A stretch of 63,707 nucleotides of DNA, counting the filler, from Octopus bimaculoides (Eukaryota): NCBI RefSeq assembly GCF_001194135.2. It is 8 parts of 8 records of this genome, joined end to end, with 100 filler letters (N's around TTAATTAATTAA, not from the genome) between each part and the next. Parts side by side here need not be neighbours in the genome. Positions count along the whole stretch, not along the records: positions 1 to 8,565 come from NC_069000.1; positions 8,666 to 14,365 come from NC_068999.1; 6 more parts are not named here. One strand, 5' to 3'. Both the position numbers and the translations under genes were made by a program. Below are positions 1 through 12,940 of this stretch, piece by piece. Positions within the stretch are counted from its first letter, which is position 1; each line of letters begins with the position of its first letter. The notes under the pieces were generated by a model. That model saw nothing but the letters and a program-made list of their open reading frames with translations. It ran no database searches and was not told the DNA's origin.

Positions 1-53
<53 letters not shown>

Positions 54-225
54 GTATATATATATGTATATGTATATATATATATGTATATATATATGTA
101 CATACATATATATACATACACACACAAACACACGCGCACATATACACATAGCCAAATACATACACATATATATGTGTGTATGTGCATATGTATATATATG
201 TGTGCATTTATGTATATATATAGAC

Positions 226-257
<32 letters not shown>

Positions 258-460
258 TTACAAATGTGTGTGTATATATATATATATTATGTATATATAT
301 ATATATATATACATGTGTGTATATATATACATATATATATCTTTACATATGTGTGTCTATATATATATGTATATATATATACATATACACATATATATAT
401 ATATGCATATATATGTACACATATACATATGTAAATATACACACATATATGTGTGTGTGC
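1..460. repeat. Compound (TA)n/(TATG)n/(CA)n microsatellite
   Basis: Almost pure TA/TG/CA dinucleotide sequence; explains the YIYI/MCV ORFs. Confidence 0.98.
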
Positions 461-729
461 ATCTGCCCTATATTTCCATTAAAGTACACATACTTGTTGC
501 TGTGTTTCTTTTTTCCTCCCTTATCTATTTCATTTCATTTCGTTTTCGTTTCATTTTATTTATTTATTTTATTTCATTTTCTTTCGTTTATTTATTTATT
601 GTTTTTACAAGTTGTCATCTGGAAACCTTTCGAGTGAAAACAGGGGGAATGTGGGACATTAGGGGGGAGGAAAAAAAAAGGGGTCAATTGGTAAGTAGGG
701 TGTTATGTGAAGAGCGGAGAGGTGTTCTG

Positions 730-1210
730 TAATGGCATGGTGGTGGTGGTGGCGGGTTCAGTATTTTTGGTGGGTTTTGTACAGCAAAATATGTGAGAAT
801 CATGTTATGAGATAAAAAAAAAGATATAGGGGCCTCCGAGGGAGAGGAGATGTGAACGTTGCAGTGATGGTGGCCAAGATGAAAATGATGATGATGATGA
901 TGACGATGACAACGACGATGATGACGGTGATGAAGATGATGATGATGACGACGACGATGATGGTAGTAGTGATTGTCGTGATAGTCAATCTTCCTCCTCC
1001 TCCTCATCATCATCATCATCATCATCATCATCACCGTTGTCGNNNNNNNNNNCATGTCATCATCACCATAGTCGTCATCATCACAATCATCATCATCACT
1101 TTTGTCGTTATCTTTATTGTCTTTATCATCGTCGTCATCATCATCATCATCATCATCATCATCACCGCCACCACTGTCACCTTCATCGTCATCAGCAGTA
1201 GCAGCAGGAG
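730..1210. repeat. Trinucleotide microsatellite block (GGT/GAT then CCT/CAT)n
   Basis: gatgatgat then catcatcat runs either side of a 10-N gap; source of poly-M/H/D ORFs. Confidence 0.95.
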
Positions 1211-1237
1211 GTAAACCTGCAAGGTAGACAGAAACCA

Positions 1238-1548
1238 TTTACTGTATTCAACTGGTACTTATTTAATCGACCCCGAAAGGATGAAAGGCAAAGTCGACCT
1301 CTGCAGAATGCGAATTTAAAACGTGAAGACGGATAATCTTTTCTAATCTAGGCACAAGGCCCGAAATGTTTGGAGAGGGGTACCAGTCGATTAGATCGAC
1401 ACAGTACACAACTGGTACTTATTTTTATTGGCCCCAAAAGGATGAAAAGCAAAGTCAACCTTGGCGTAATTTGAACTCAGAACGTAGCAGCAGATGAAAT
1501 ACCGCTACGCATTTCGCCCGGCGTGCTAACGATTCTGCCAACTCATGG
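1238..1548 (-). mobile_element. Two adjacent Deu/Nin-core SINE fragments
   Basis: Reverse complement of core GTCGAC(T/C)TTGCCTTTCATCCTTTCGGGGTCGATTAAATAAGTACCAGTT occurs twice (about 1245-1300 and 1405-1465); homologous to the full copy at 10405-10655. Confidence 0.85.
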
Positions 1549-1599
1549 CCTCAGTAATAATAATAAGAATAATAATAATTTAGGCACAATAATAATGTT

Positions 1600-2100
1600 T
1601 GCTTATAATATATTAATGTGAACGGACGGCAACACCTCTGTGAAAACGTTTGAGAAGTTAAATAAAAAGAAGAACTTTGAAATGGAGGTTTCAAAACTGT
1701 GGCATAACTGTACAGATGATCATGGGTACTTTGGGGGAATGATATCAGGTAGCGTCTTGAAATACTATGATCAAATGCCAGGAAACCAAAAAATGCCAGA
1801 ACTGGAACAAAAAAAAAAAATTGTTCCAATGGGTACAGTCCACATCCTAAGAAAAATACTGTCAACTTGAGAATATCTGAATCTTTAAAAATCTTTCAAA
1901 ATTGCAGATATTAGAAAAAAAACTTTAAACGGAATCTTGATTCTTAATATTTGGTCTCATTTTCCTTGAAATATAGCATTGCTAATCATAAATAACACCC
2001 ACAGTAAAATGACTAATTTACTGTTACTTGTAGTTCTTGGGTGAGACTTGGAGTTGCTCGTTTAAACAAAACAACCAAATAACGAAAATATAATAATAAT
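1600..2100 (+). mobile_element. Decayed 3' end of an R4/Dong-like RLE LINE
   Basis: Translation ends KKIVPMGTVHILRKILST*, matching QKIALLGTAHILRKTLSIQ* at about 30850; (TAA)n-like runs flank it at 1553-1600 and 2088-2100. Confidence 0.7.
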
Positions 2101-2259
2101 AAAAAAGCATTTTCTTGATTGACCACAAGGGTAAAGAAGAAGACCATTCAGGACGATACAAACACAAGGACAGAGGAGATTTACACACACACACACACAC
2201 GTGTATACAATAAAATAATAACAAGAAAATTGATACCAACAAAATTCTCCAAGAAGGAC

Positions 2260-2470
2260 TTGTACCATCCAGGTGCACAAAAACACACATGCATACACAC
2301 ACACACACACACATACGACAGGCTTCTTTGAGTTTCCGTCTACCAAATCCACTCACAAGGCTTTGGTTGGCTTGAGGCTATAGTAGAAGACACTTATCCA
2401 AGATGCCACGCAGTGGGACCGAACCCGGGACCATGTGGTTGGTAAGCAAGCTTCTTACCGCACAGCCACG
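2260..2470 (-). mobile_element. tRNA/CORE-like SINE family A, 5' half plus internal microsatellite
   Basis: Minus strand reads GTGGCTGTGCGGTAAG...GGTTCGGTCCCACTGCGTGGCATCTTGGATAAGTGTCTTCTACTATAGCC (A box, B box, CORE-like segment); many copies in the window. Confidence 0.9.
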
Positions 2471-2959
2471 ATTCTTTCTTTTTCATAATTTGGTAAAACT
2501 TTACATGTCTCTGCTTTTTTATTTGATTGCGTTTTGCAGGATAATTTTTTTGTTTGTTTATTATTTTTTAATTTACTTTTTCCTTTATTGATCATTTGTT
2601 TCTTTATTTCTTTCCTTAAAATATTTCTGAGGGTTGTTCTTCGGAAAGTAATACAAGCAGTGTCATCAAAACTTGCTGAAAACAGTAGCAGCAGCAGCAA
2701 CAACAAAGACGTCAACAACAACAACAACAACAATAACACCACCACCACTACCACCACCACAATCACCACCCAACAATCTAGTCGGGTTCAGATTAATGGT
2801 ATAAGCTGATAACTGATACTGTTACAGACAGATTTATGCGGTTATTCCACGTGTGCATGCCTCTGTATAACCGATAGCTTTGCGTATACATACATACATA
2901 CATACATATGTATACATACGTACATATGCATACATACGTACGTACTGGGAAATGTTCTG

Positions 2960-3083
2960 ACCGATAGAATAAGTACTAAAAAAAAGCCCTGAGGTTGAAT
3001 ACTTCGACAAAATCACACACTTCAAGGCGGTGCTCCAGCATGACCGCAGTCAAATGACGCAAACAAGTAAAAGAATAAAAGAA
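2960..3083 (+). mobile_element. SINE family A 3' half
   Basis: accgatagaataagtact...aggcggtgctccagcatgaccgcagtcaaatgac...aacaagtaaaagaataaaaga matches 56420-56540. Confidence 0.85.
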
Positions 3084-3734
3084 CGTATCGAGGTTGTTTT
3101 TCTTAAATATTTAAACATTACAAATATTTTAGGTACATTAAAAAAAAAATTGCCGTGATAAGAACAGAATAAGAGTGGAATATTGTGTTATCAGTGAGCA
3201 GGAGGAACATGACTGGTGATGTGTCAGGCTCTAGTATAATTTTATTACGTAAACCCTCACTTTACGGGTCAGTAGTTCACGCAGATGTCTAAAAAGAAAC
3301 ACATGCTGAATTGAAGAATATAAGAAAATAGGGAAAATAAAGCATTGCATAAAATTATCTTCTGTTTCATAAAAACAATAATCGGTTGTCTTTTGCTAAA
3401 CGGTGCAAAGGGCAAAGGTGAGTTTAGCATTCCTTTACACCATTAGTTCAAAAGGGACACTGGACAGCAAAAGATAGGAAACCAACGATTTGATGTATGA
3501 GTTATATCATTACTAAGGCCTTTAAATAAGATCTCAGTGGTCAACCAGTTGTATAGAAATTCAAAGGAGCAGTGAGAAAGGTAATAAGTTATGGGGGTCT
3601 AGTACCGAAAGATCGCCATGCCAAAGAATGGGCCTTGTACCATTGTCGATCGTAAAGATGTCTTTGAAAACTTTGATTTACTACACTTTCTCTCTCTCTC
3701 CCCCTCTCTTCGTCTCCTGTAATCATTATTTATT

Positions 3735-3962
3735 TCTTTTTTGCCCACAAGGAGCTAAACACAGAGGGGACAAACAAGGACAGACAAAGGGATTAAGTTG
3801 ATTACATCGACCCCAGTGCGTAACTGGTGCTTATTTAATTGACCCCAAAAGGGTGAAAGGCAAAGTCGACCTCGGCAGAATTTGAACTCAGAACATAACG
3901 GCAGACGAAATACCACTAAGCATTTCGTCCGACATGTTATCATTACTGCCAGCTCGTCGCCT
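3735..3962 (-). mobile_element. Full-length Deu/Nin-core SINE
   Basis: Reverse complement of the 10405-10655 copy over its whole length (head, GTCGAC core, tail ttagctccttgtgggcaaaaag). Confidence 0.92.
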
Positions 3963-5184
3963 TTATCTTAAAAATTATTGTTAATGTAAACCACAGATTT
4001 GTCATGACATCCAGTCACTAATTCCTAACGAAACAACTAATTCATATAATTTTGGAACCTCATCAATGAATTTATTTTCCAGCTTTCTTTAGTTTTTTTT
4101 TTTTTTTGTCGCTGAGCTTACATTTAAAATATAGTTTGTATCTTTAATTCCGTACATCGTTAATTCAATGATTAGTGACACAATTCATTAATGAAGCTGC
4201 AGGAGACAGTTCCACAGAGATACTGTGAATAGTTTTACTCCCCAACATTTATTTTACCCTAACACACCGTTACCAACTGTCTACGATTAAAAAAAAAAAA
4301 AAACTAGATCTCTTCTACATTGTCACATTACAGAATCAGAAGCAGACATTTCTGAAAGTCCTCAAAGATCTTCTCGAATTTCTACAATTTTATATTTAAT
4401 GACTTTGACATCTTCTAATTTGCACTCCTATCCAGAGTCCCTCACACACACCACAAAATTTTTGCAGTGAAGCATTTCGCGTGTTTTTCAGTACATGCCG
4501 TCACCCAGGAGAGACAGACAACCGAAACATAAAACATAAACGCCGGACAACTCTAAAAACGAAAGCGTATAACCGACAACTTGTTATATTATTATCAACC
4601 ATAAAATTCATATAAAACTCCCGTGGCTTTTCCTTCATAATCCGCCTGCAAGCTCTTTTATTTTTCCCTTTCATGTTTGATATATTATTATATCTCTGAT
4701 CCCTGCAGTTGTGTAAGTCTAGCTTGCTTCCCCGATCAGGAAATCAAGTACATTTTCTTGTAATTCTTCGCTTGAAATATCTTTGACTTGTTTTGTTGCT
4801 AAACACAATGTTTCTTTACTGAAATGTCTGCGGCTCCTAAAAATAGTAACGCAACTGTAAGTTGTTTCACCATCATTTATTTTTGTAACAATTTTGCTCC
4901 AGACAAGTTCTTGAGGGCACTGTAGCGCAAGGGACCGAAAAAAAAAAAGAAAAGAAAAAGGAAAACACAAAAGGGACCTACACATTCACGTGTCAATTTA
5001 AAGACAGTTTAAAGGACTGATTATCAAAGACCAGTCAAAATCAGACACAAATATTTAGCTTTTTTCAGTTCTGTTTAATATATATCTCCGGACCGATAGA
5101 ACCCGACCAAAAAATTTGTAACATAAATAATAAATTTTATTGGTTTTCTTTGAATAACTATAGTTTCAAATTATGATAGAACGC

Positions 5185-5345
5185 CAGCAATTTTAAGGGA
5201 GTGGTAAAATCGATTACATCGACCCAAGTATCCAACTGGTATTACTTATTTTATCGATTTTGAAAGGATGAAAAGCCAACTCGACCTCGACAGAAATAAA
5301 TGTGCCACATTCTAATGAATTCTTCAGCTCTGCTAATTTTCCTCT
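5185..5345 (-). mobile_element. Degenerate Deu/Nin-core SINE
   Basis: cgattacatcgaccc...actggtatt...ttatcgat...aaaggatgaaaagccaactcgacctcgac. Confidence 0.75.
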
Positions 5346-5569
5346 ACAGAATTGCGAAAGAAAAAAATTCGTTTATTTGTATCTTTTAGTAAACTACCGT
5401 TTACTTACAGGATGTGGCCCATCCATATTCACGTGTCCTGTTTCTGCTGTAGATTATTTTAAACTTAAAATGCCTATCAGTGATTTATGCGGTTACTAGA
5501 CACACACGAATCACAATGGAACTGATTTAAATTTGGGGATACACACATACATGCACAAATATCAGTAAC

Positions 5570-5865
5570 ATCAATGCCAACACAGGGACACGCACTAAAA
5601 TTTATGTCGGATCTTGTGAATCCAAATTTAAAATCCACCTGAACAACCACAGATCTTTCAGGGTCCCGGAGATATGCAACACGACACTGGCAGTATATGT
5701 ATGGTACCTAAAGGACGATCATACGCCCTTTAACATCGCAATGGAACAAAACTATGTAAATTGTGTACGGCAGAAAAATATATAATCCTTATGACCTCAC
5801 ATGAGCCAGGAGTCTACCTGAACTCCAGGACGGAAGCCATGGGGAGTTGGTCCACATTTTCGGAA
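5570..5865 (+). mobile_element. Penelope-like element GIY-YIG endonuclease remnant
   Basis: Manual translation: TKIYVGSCESKFKIHLNNHRSFR...NTTLAVYVWYLKDDHTPFNI, frameshift, then LCKLCTAEKYII...LNSRTE; typical PLE endonuclease C-terminus (YIG..FK.R.NNH..F; C.LC..EK..I; LN.R.E). Confidence 0.8.
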
Positions 5866-6097
5866 ATTTTTACTTCAAAATTGGAAAACCTAGCTATCAA
5901 GCGGAAGACAACTCGCCCGGTCGTATAATTTTTAAGAGGAATATTTTTTGAACTATCACTGGCGTTCTTGTGTTTTTTTTTTTTAAAGAAAACATTCTTT
6001 GCAGAGAACAGTTATCGTTTAGAAAAACTGAAGATAAATCTAGTTCACGCTAGATATGAAACCAATGGGTTTTTTTCTAAACTGTTACTTTACACAT

Positions 6098-6136
<39 letters not shown>

Positions 6137-6271
6137 NNNNNNNNNNNNNNNNNNNNNNNNNNNNNNNNNNNNNNNNNNNNNNNNNNNNNNNNNNNNNNNN
6201 NNNNNNNNNNNGAGAGAGAGAGAGAGAAGTATGTATATATATATATATATATACGTATACACACACATGTG

Positions 6272-6302
<31 letters not shown>

Positions 6303-7268
6303 GTGTATGAACATGTTTACATATATATATATATATATACACATAAATATGCACTTATATGTGTGTGTGGAGGCTTGTATGTGTGTTAGTGTGTATATAT
6401 GTATATAGGCAGACGCACATAGAAGCAAACGATATAATCACGCACGCACACACATACCATCCGTTACTAAATCGGAAAACATGATCCCGTTTTAATTTAA
6501 AACACGTTTTTAATGCGACCACGCATTAGTATTTCTTACATTTGGAGCACCCTACATCAACTTCATAAAGCTGCAAACGACAACAAGAACAACTCAAGAA
6601 AAATTTGATTAAAAAAATGTTATCTTTTATTTACAAAGCATTATTTTTTCAAAAAACGAGTATGTTCTTCCATTTTAATCAGCTGCAATAAACAGAGTCG
6701 TCTGCAAAGATTTCACTTATGTGTTACTACTTTGATGTCTTAAGCACATAAAGATATAAAAATAATGAGTATAAAAGAAATGATTTCCGTTCATTATACC
6801 ATTTTCGGCAGATATGCCATTTAAATGTTTTCTTTTTTCATACATTTTTCGTATACTGTTTTATGTTTTTGTTTCTCTTATCACGATAACTACCGCAGCA
6901 GACGATAGACATTTTAAGACGGTCTTTCATTTTTACATGTCACCGTTGTATTCTTGTGCTTCTTCCTTTGTTGTTTTTGTGGTAGCTGTTGTTGTTGTTT
7001 TTGTTGATGATGATGATGATGTTGTTATGCTGGAAAAAGAAGTTTAAAAATAACGATATAGGATTCTTCATAAGTATATACGACTTTATGTATGCACATA
7101 TGTAAGTATATATGTGCATATTTTGTATAAATGTACATGTGTATCTACATAAATATATGTATATCCATTAATGAATATGTGTTTATATATAAATATACAT
7201 CTATTCATGTGCATATGTATATATGCATAAAATATGTACAAATGGGCATACTTATGTATGTATGTATG

Positions 7269-7320
<52 letters not shown>

Positions 7321-8512
7321 NNNNNNNNNNNNNNNNNNNNNNNNNNNNNNNNNNNNNNNNNNNNNNNNNNNNNNNNNNNNNNNNNNNNNNNNNNNNNNNN
7401 NNNNNNNNNNNNNNNNNNNNNNNNNNNNNNNNNNNNNNNNNNNNNNNNNNNNNNNNNNNNNNNNNNNNNNNNNNNNNNNNNNNNNNNNNNNNNNNNNNNN
7501 NNNNNNNNNNNNNNNNNNNNNNNNNNNNNNNNNNNNNNNNNNNNNNNNNNNNNNNNNNNNNNNNNNNNNNNNNNNNNNNNNNNNNNNNNNNNNNNNNNNN
7601 NNNNNNNNNNNNNNNNNNNNNNNNNNNNNNNNNNNNNNNNNNNNNNNNNNNNNNNNNNNNNNNNNNNNNNNNNNNNNNNNNNNNNNNNNNNNNNNNNNNN
7701 NNNNNNNNNNNNNNNNNNNNNNNNNNNNNNNNNNNNNNNNNNNNNNNNNNNNNNNNNATATATATATATTATATATATATATTATATATATATATATATA
7801 CAGAGAGAGAGAGAGAAAGAAAGAAAGAATATATATATATACTTATATAGCACATAACTCATCTATACATGAAAACATACGTACACTCATATATAATGTA
7901 TATACTATATACACAGTCATGCACACACACGCATACACACACATGCATGTATTTATATGGGAATGAATTTCGCCCAAAACTTGTAAAAATTTTAACTCAA
8001 ACGTATTTCCTTCGAAGAAAAAATATTGAAGGAAAACTATTAACACTACATTACAGCCATGTTATTAATACATGGCTGACATCGGAATGTACGCCAGGAG
8101 GCAGACTGAAACGTTATATGAAGGTTCACCAAAACAATATTATAGCACTATTGCTACATCTGAACAAAAGAGTGTAAGTTTCTAGCACGATTTAAAAATC
8201 ACATCTGTGCTGTTCATGTTTTAAGAGAACAATGGAACGACGGCGATACTCGAAATCGACTTGCTGCCATCACACACACACACACACACACACACGAACA
8301 CGAACACATACACATACGCGTTGGTATCGAATAGTGAGAATAGGTGCACAACATCGTATTTCTATTCGTGGGTTAACAAGGCTACCAATGGTTTCATGTG
8401 AAGAGATCGTCACAATTGTTCATTCGTGCCACATACACACACACATATATATTAGGATGGAGCGAGAAATGAAATTTTCGAAATTGGTAATCAAGAATCG
8501 CAGTTTATATTA

Positions 8513-8565
8513 CAGAAATCCCTCGACTATTGCGAGTGTTACGTTCCAAAACCTCCCGCGATAGG
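8513..8565 (+). mobile_element. Probable pogo/Tigger-like DNA transposon terminus, truncated by gap
   Basis: TA|CAGAAATCCCTCGACTATTGCGAGTGTTACGTTCCAAAACCTCCCGCGATAGG resembles Tigger-type TIRs (CAGT..CCCTCG..TCGCG..GTTACGTTCC) after a TA target; other end not visible. Confidence 0.55.
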
Positions 8566-8609
8566 NNNNNNNNNNNNNNNNNNNNNNNNNNNNNNNNNNN
8601 NNNNNNNNN

Positions 8610-8621
8610 TTAATTAATTAA
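8610..8621. other. Artificial six-frame-stop scaffold linker TTAATTAATTAA (also 14410, 26858, 39879, 49359, 56213, 60828)
   Basis: Identical 12-mer centred in seven 100-bp N gaps (44N+12+44N). Confidence 0.97.
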
Positions 8622-8889
8622 NNNNNNNNNNNNNNNNNNNNNNNNNNNNNNNNNNNNNNNNNNNNTTTATGTAGTCGGCACTTAATGTATATCGGCTGAA
8701 TGGACGTCAGTGATTGGTTGAAATTACAGAAATACGACAACTTTAGCATGGAATAACTTAGGGATTTCTTTTTTTTTAAAGAAGACTAAGAGAAAAAGAT
8801 GTTTTATATGACACATTCTACCAGTGTTCCAAGTTTCAAAGTGTTTCGTTAATGAAAAATGTGGCCCCCGTTTTAAAAAAGATCCGATA

Positions 8890-9340
8890 AGACTCCTAAT
8901 TCAGGCAGTTTATGATGTCCTATGAAGCCCATACAACTGGAGTAAGTCAGAGTCACCATCTTGCTCCTGTGTCCGAGAAGATGAACTCTGGGCCGTCCAA
9001 AAGCTAGGAAGAGCTACGCTACTGCTGGAGGCATGATCAAGTTTTAAGGGTCATAACATATACCATCCGAAGTAGGATTAGTCATTGCAAGCACCTCCGC
9101 CCAACGAAGTTCATTACCTTTGTCAAGGCCGACGAAAAGAAGTTGCCCGTTGCTAAGTCTGCGCCCTCGGGTCTACTTGCAAGAGCAAAAGACTGGGAGG
9201 TAAAAGTTGATCTAGGGAAGCAACTGAAGTTCCCTGACACTGTCGCTACAACACTAAGGTTGGTTTCAAAAGCATCCAAAACGTTCTCAAAATATCCACT
9301 TCTACAGAGTTTTGGAATTTTGACATTATAGACTCAACAG
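8890..9340 (+). mobile_element. RLE non-LTR retrotransposon C-terminal fragment (HERO/R2-group-like), decayed
   Basis: QAVYDVL..., RYCWRHDQVL..., FVKA..., GLLARAKDWEVKVDLGKQLKFP..ATTLR; zinc-knuckle/RLE region with stops. Confidence 0.8.
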
Positions 9341-9697
9341 GTACTAATGCAACAGATTTAAAAGATGCAAAAATTGACAAGGGTGATCACCCTGTAACAG
9401 ATGGCGAAGTACAAGCATCGAAAGTTCGCTGTGATCAGGAATCGGTAGACCTTTCACTTCAAACTTACTGTTCAGGCATGCACAACAACCAAAACGATGT
9501 ATCATTTCAAAGAGAGCAAAGAAAATTTCCCCAAATATTGTTTGGTTCAAGTTAATGGAGGTTCAATCAAGAATTTAATAAATCACGTCCATGGGAAGAG
9601 TACAAAATATCGAAAATGCAGTATATTGTTTTTCTGTTGATATTTTCAGATTAATACTACTACTACTACTACTACTACTACTAATAATAATAATCTG

Positions 9698-10310
9698 CTA
9701 TAATAATACTCTTGTGTCTTTCTCCGTCACAACATATGAATGAGAAAGGAAGGGGTGATTGATAAATAAGGAAGGAAGGGTTGATATCAAACTGGAAATG
9801 GGATGGCGAACAGTCAACGCTGAAAAGAAAAATCAAACAGCGTTTCAATTCTGTGTGAGTATGTGTGTATGTGTGTGCGTGTACAAGGGAAGTATGTGAA
9901 TGTTTGTATGTGTGATTATTATGTACCTTATTTTGTACCGTATCTACTATAATAATACTCTTGTATTTTTCTCCATCACAACATATGAATGAGAAAGGAA
10001 GGGTGATAGATGAATAAGGAAAGAAGTGGTAGTGGGATGACGGAAATACTACGGTGAAAAAAAAATCAAGCAGTGATTCAAATTTGTGTGAGCATATGCG
10101 TGTGTGTGTAAGTAAAAGGGAATTATGTGAGTGTGTGTGTGTGTGTGTGTGCAATGAAAGTGGGATGTTGAACATTCAATATTGAAAAGAAAAATCAAAC
10201 AGCGTTTCAACTCCGTGTGAGTATATGTGTGTATGTGTGTGCGCGTGCAAGCGAAGTGTGTGAATGTTTGTACGTGCGATTATCATGTACTTTATTTGTA
10301 TATAAAATAC
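9698..10310. repeat. Diverged tandem repeat, about 250-bp unit, 2 copies plus a partial third
   Basis: ctataataatactcttg...caacatatgaatgagaaaggaaggg starts at 9698 and 9947; gaaaagaaaaatcaaacagcgtttcaa recurs at about 9822 and 10184. Confidence 0.85.
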
Positions 10311-10404
10311 TACAATTAGCCGTCATTTTTGACGGCACTGGGCTGGCTAGTAATAATGATAAAACATGAACGAGAATTCAGTTAGACAAGCTTTCGCGAT
10401 TTGA

Positions 10405-10655
10405 AGTGTTGCAGAAAGGCGGTGAGCTGGCAGAAACGTTAGCACGCCGGGCGAAATGCTTAGTGGTATTTCGTCTGTCTTTACGTTCTGAGTTCAAATT
10501 CCGCCGAGGTCGACTTAGCCTTTCATCTTTTCGGGGTCGATTAAATAAGTACAAGTTACGCACTGGGGTCGATATAGTCGACTTAATCCCTTTATCTGTC
10601 CTTGTTTGTCCCCTCTGTGTGTAGCCCTTTGTGGGCAGTAAAAAAATAAGAAAGA
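10405..10655 (+). mobile_element. Full-length Deu/Nin-core SINE (best copy in window)
   Basis: Head GGCGGTGAGCTGGCAGAAACGTTAGC, B-box-like GAGTTCAAATTCC, core GAGGTCGACTTAGCCTTTCATCTTTTCGGGGTCGATTAAATAAGTAC, A-rich tail. Confidence 0.93.
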
Positions 10656-11539
10656 AAGAGAGAGAGAGAGAAGAGGAGGTTGATTTGCTGTCCACGAAAG
10701 GTCTCAATTGTATGTCACTAGTACTCTTTATGTATTTTTTCACTCTAGTTTCACCGTGAAACCTTCACCTTTGTTTTGTGTCGAATTTATTCTGAAACCC
10801 AGACCACCGCTTTTCGGTAGAAAACAGTAAAGCCATTTACAGTTGAATCGCAATTATCACCAATTTCTCAACATTAATATTTACAAATTCATGACAGAGA
10901 CACTGGCTGAGCTTGGATGACCTGAAAGTAAAGTATCACAGTTAAAAAATTTCTTATGAAACAGAAGTTACATATTTTGAACTCACTAACTGAATTACTT
11001 CAAGTTTTGCATTCATTCTTACAATGATATCTTAGAACTTTTTCAAACTGTTGAAAATTACTGCAGCACTGTCTGTAAACAGTGTAGCCTTTTAACACTG
11101 TTTTCTTAACTGATGACGATTAACTTTGTCAACAGAATTCCGTAGTGGACAACAGACTGGACAATTTAGACACAGTTGCCACAAATAGATGCCGTTCCGA
11201 AATTCTGAACTTTTGAAGTTATCTTTCTTCCTGCAAATCACTGAAACAGGAGAATTACCGCCGTGCAGTTTGCGCTACCCTCACTTGTATTAGCCGTTAC
11301 TATTTTCATGCCTCATTCTTTATATTTATTGTGACTTTACAATTACATTAAGAAATGGATCTTAATTCAATTTATTATATAAAAACTCATGTCTATATTA
11401 CATATAAACACTTTACTCGTTCTCACAGTTTCCAAGCTAAACTTTGTCGGGACAGCTACAGAACGCCGGTGCAGTCATACTGTGTGTGTACATGTGTGTG
11501 TACACACACACACATCTTTCTTCCTGCAAATCACTGAAA

Positions 11540-12860
11540 CCATTGATTACATGTAATATTGGCCATTGATGAGATGAGCGCAGACTCAGCAACAGGCCCA
11601 GATGGCTTTCCGGCTGTTTTACAAAAGAAAGCTCTGGCAAAACCATTGCAGATACTTTTTCAGTTTCCTTGCATGTGGAAAACTTCTCAAACTGTTAGAA
11701 AGGAGGGTACCATATGTCCTGTCCATAAAGGAAGAAACAGAAAAGATACTAAAAATTACAGGCCTATCTCTGACATCATTTGTCAGAACTCATTGTCAGA
11801 AAGAGACTGATCACGTTCCTGGAAGAGAACAACTTGCTCACAAACACACAACATGGTTTCTGTCCAATGGAGAGCTGCCTCATACAGCTACTACATTACG
11901 ACTGGGTACTGAAACAGCATCCCAACCACTCAAATGTGGATGTGATATATCTCGACAAAGTTGATCACAAACTACGTAACCTTGGTAACACTGGAAAACT
12001 GGGAGAGTGGTTGCACGACTTTTTAAAAGACTAGAGTCATACAGTTTCAGCCAATAGTGAGACATTGGCTGGGACCACTATCGTTTGTGGTGGCTCTCTC
12101 AGACATGCCCTCAGTCATACAGTCAGCCACTTTCACCAGCTACGCTGATGATACAAAGGTATCACAAGCAGTCAAGGACCCTGATGACATAGTAAAACTA
12201 CAAAACAACCTGCATGCAATATACAAATAGACTGATGAAAATAACATGCAGTTCAATGCTGATAAATTTCAGCTACTCTACTATTGGTTCACAAACAGAC
12301 TACAATCGGAATACATAAGACTAGGGGTAGTGCACTCCTAGAGTTCGAGTTAGTGTGTGAGCTGGAAATCCACATGAATAATGATGCAACATTTCATGTG
12401 CATTTTATCAAGATGGCAACGTTGTGCGGATGAGTAGTTGGATAGATTCTTAGATCACTCAGAAATAAGGATACCTTGTTATTCTTAAAGAGAACTTTGG
12501 AATTAAAAGCTATGCCAACTATCGAACTGGATGGCACTGCCTGATACCAAAAATCTAATATTCACTATCTCGAATAAGGACCCAGTACTGCAACAGCTTG
12601 GGTCTCAGGGGACCATAACTGTTTAACATCCTGACAAACAACCTCAGAAATTTGCGCAGCGTAGATGTGGAGATCATTAAAAAGCACCTGGACAAATTTC
12701 TACCTGAAATCCCAGATGAACCCACATCGCAGCACGAGATTCAAAGAAGAGCAGTTCCGTCAAACTCACTTCTTCCTTCAAAAACAGTACAGAAAGGAGA
12801 GACCCAAGCACACTGAAAGGCGGTACTCCATTATGGTCCCCAGCCTTTAGCTGAAACCAG
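11540..12860 (+). mobile_element. CR1/L2-group LINE reverse transcriptase, decayed
   Basis: AIDEMSADSATGPDGFP, KNYRPIS, TQHGF, SCLIQLL, VDVIYLD(K)VDH, TSYADDTKV, MQFNADKF, LDKFLPEIPDEP spread over several frames with deletions and stops. Confidence 0.9.
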
Positions 12861-12907
12861 TAGAAGATGAAAGAAAAAATTATATGTATATACATACATA
12901 TACATAC

Positions 12908-12940
<33 letters not shown>

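Noticed and set aside
16-1238. Long ORFs of YIYI/poly-M/poly-D/poly-H composition (also 17540-18821 and many others)
   Set aside because: Translations of di- and trinucleotide microsatellites or N gaps; no codon or domain evidence.
8610-8621. Recurrent TTAATTAATTAA motif, seven times
   Set aside because: Always centred in a 100-bp N gap; an artificial all-frame stop linker, not biology.
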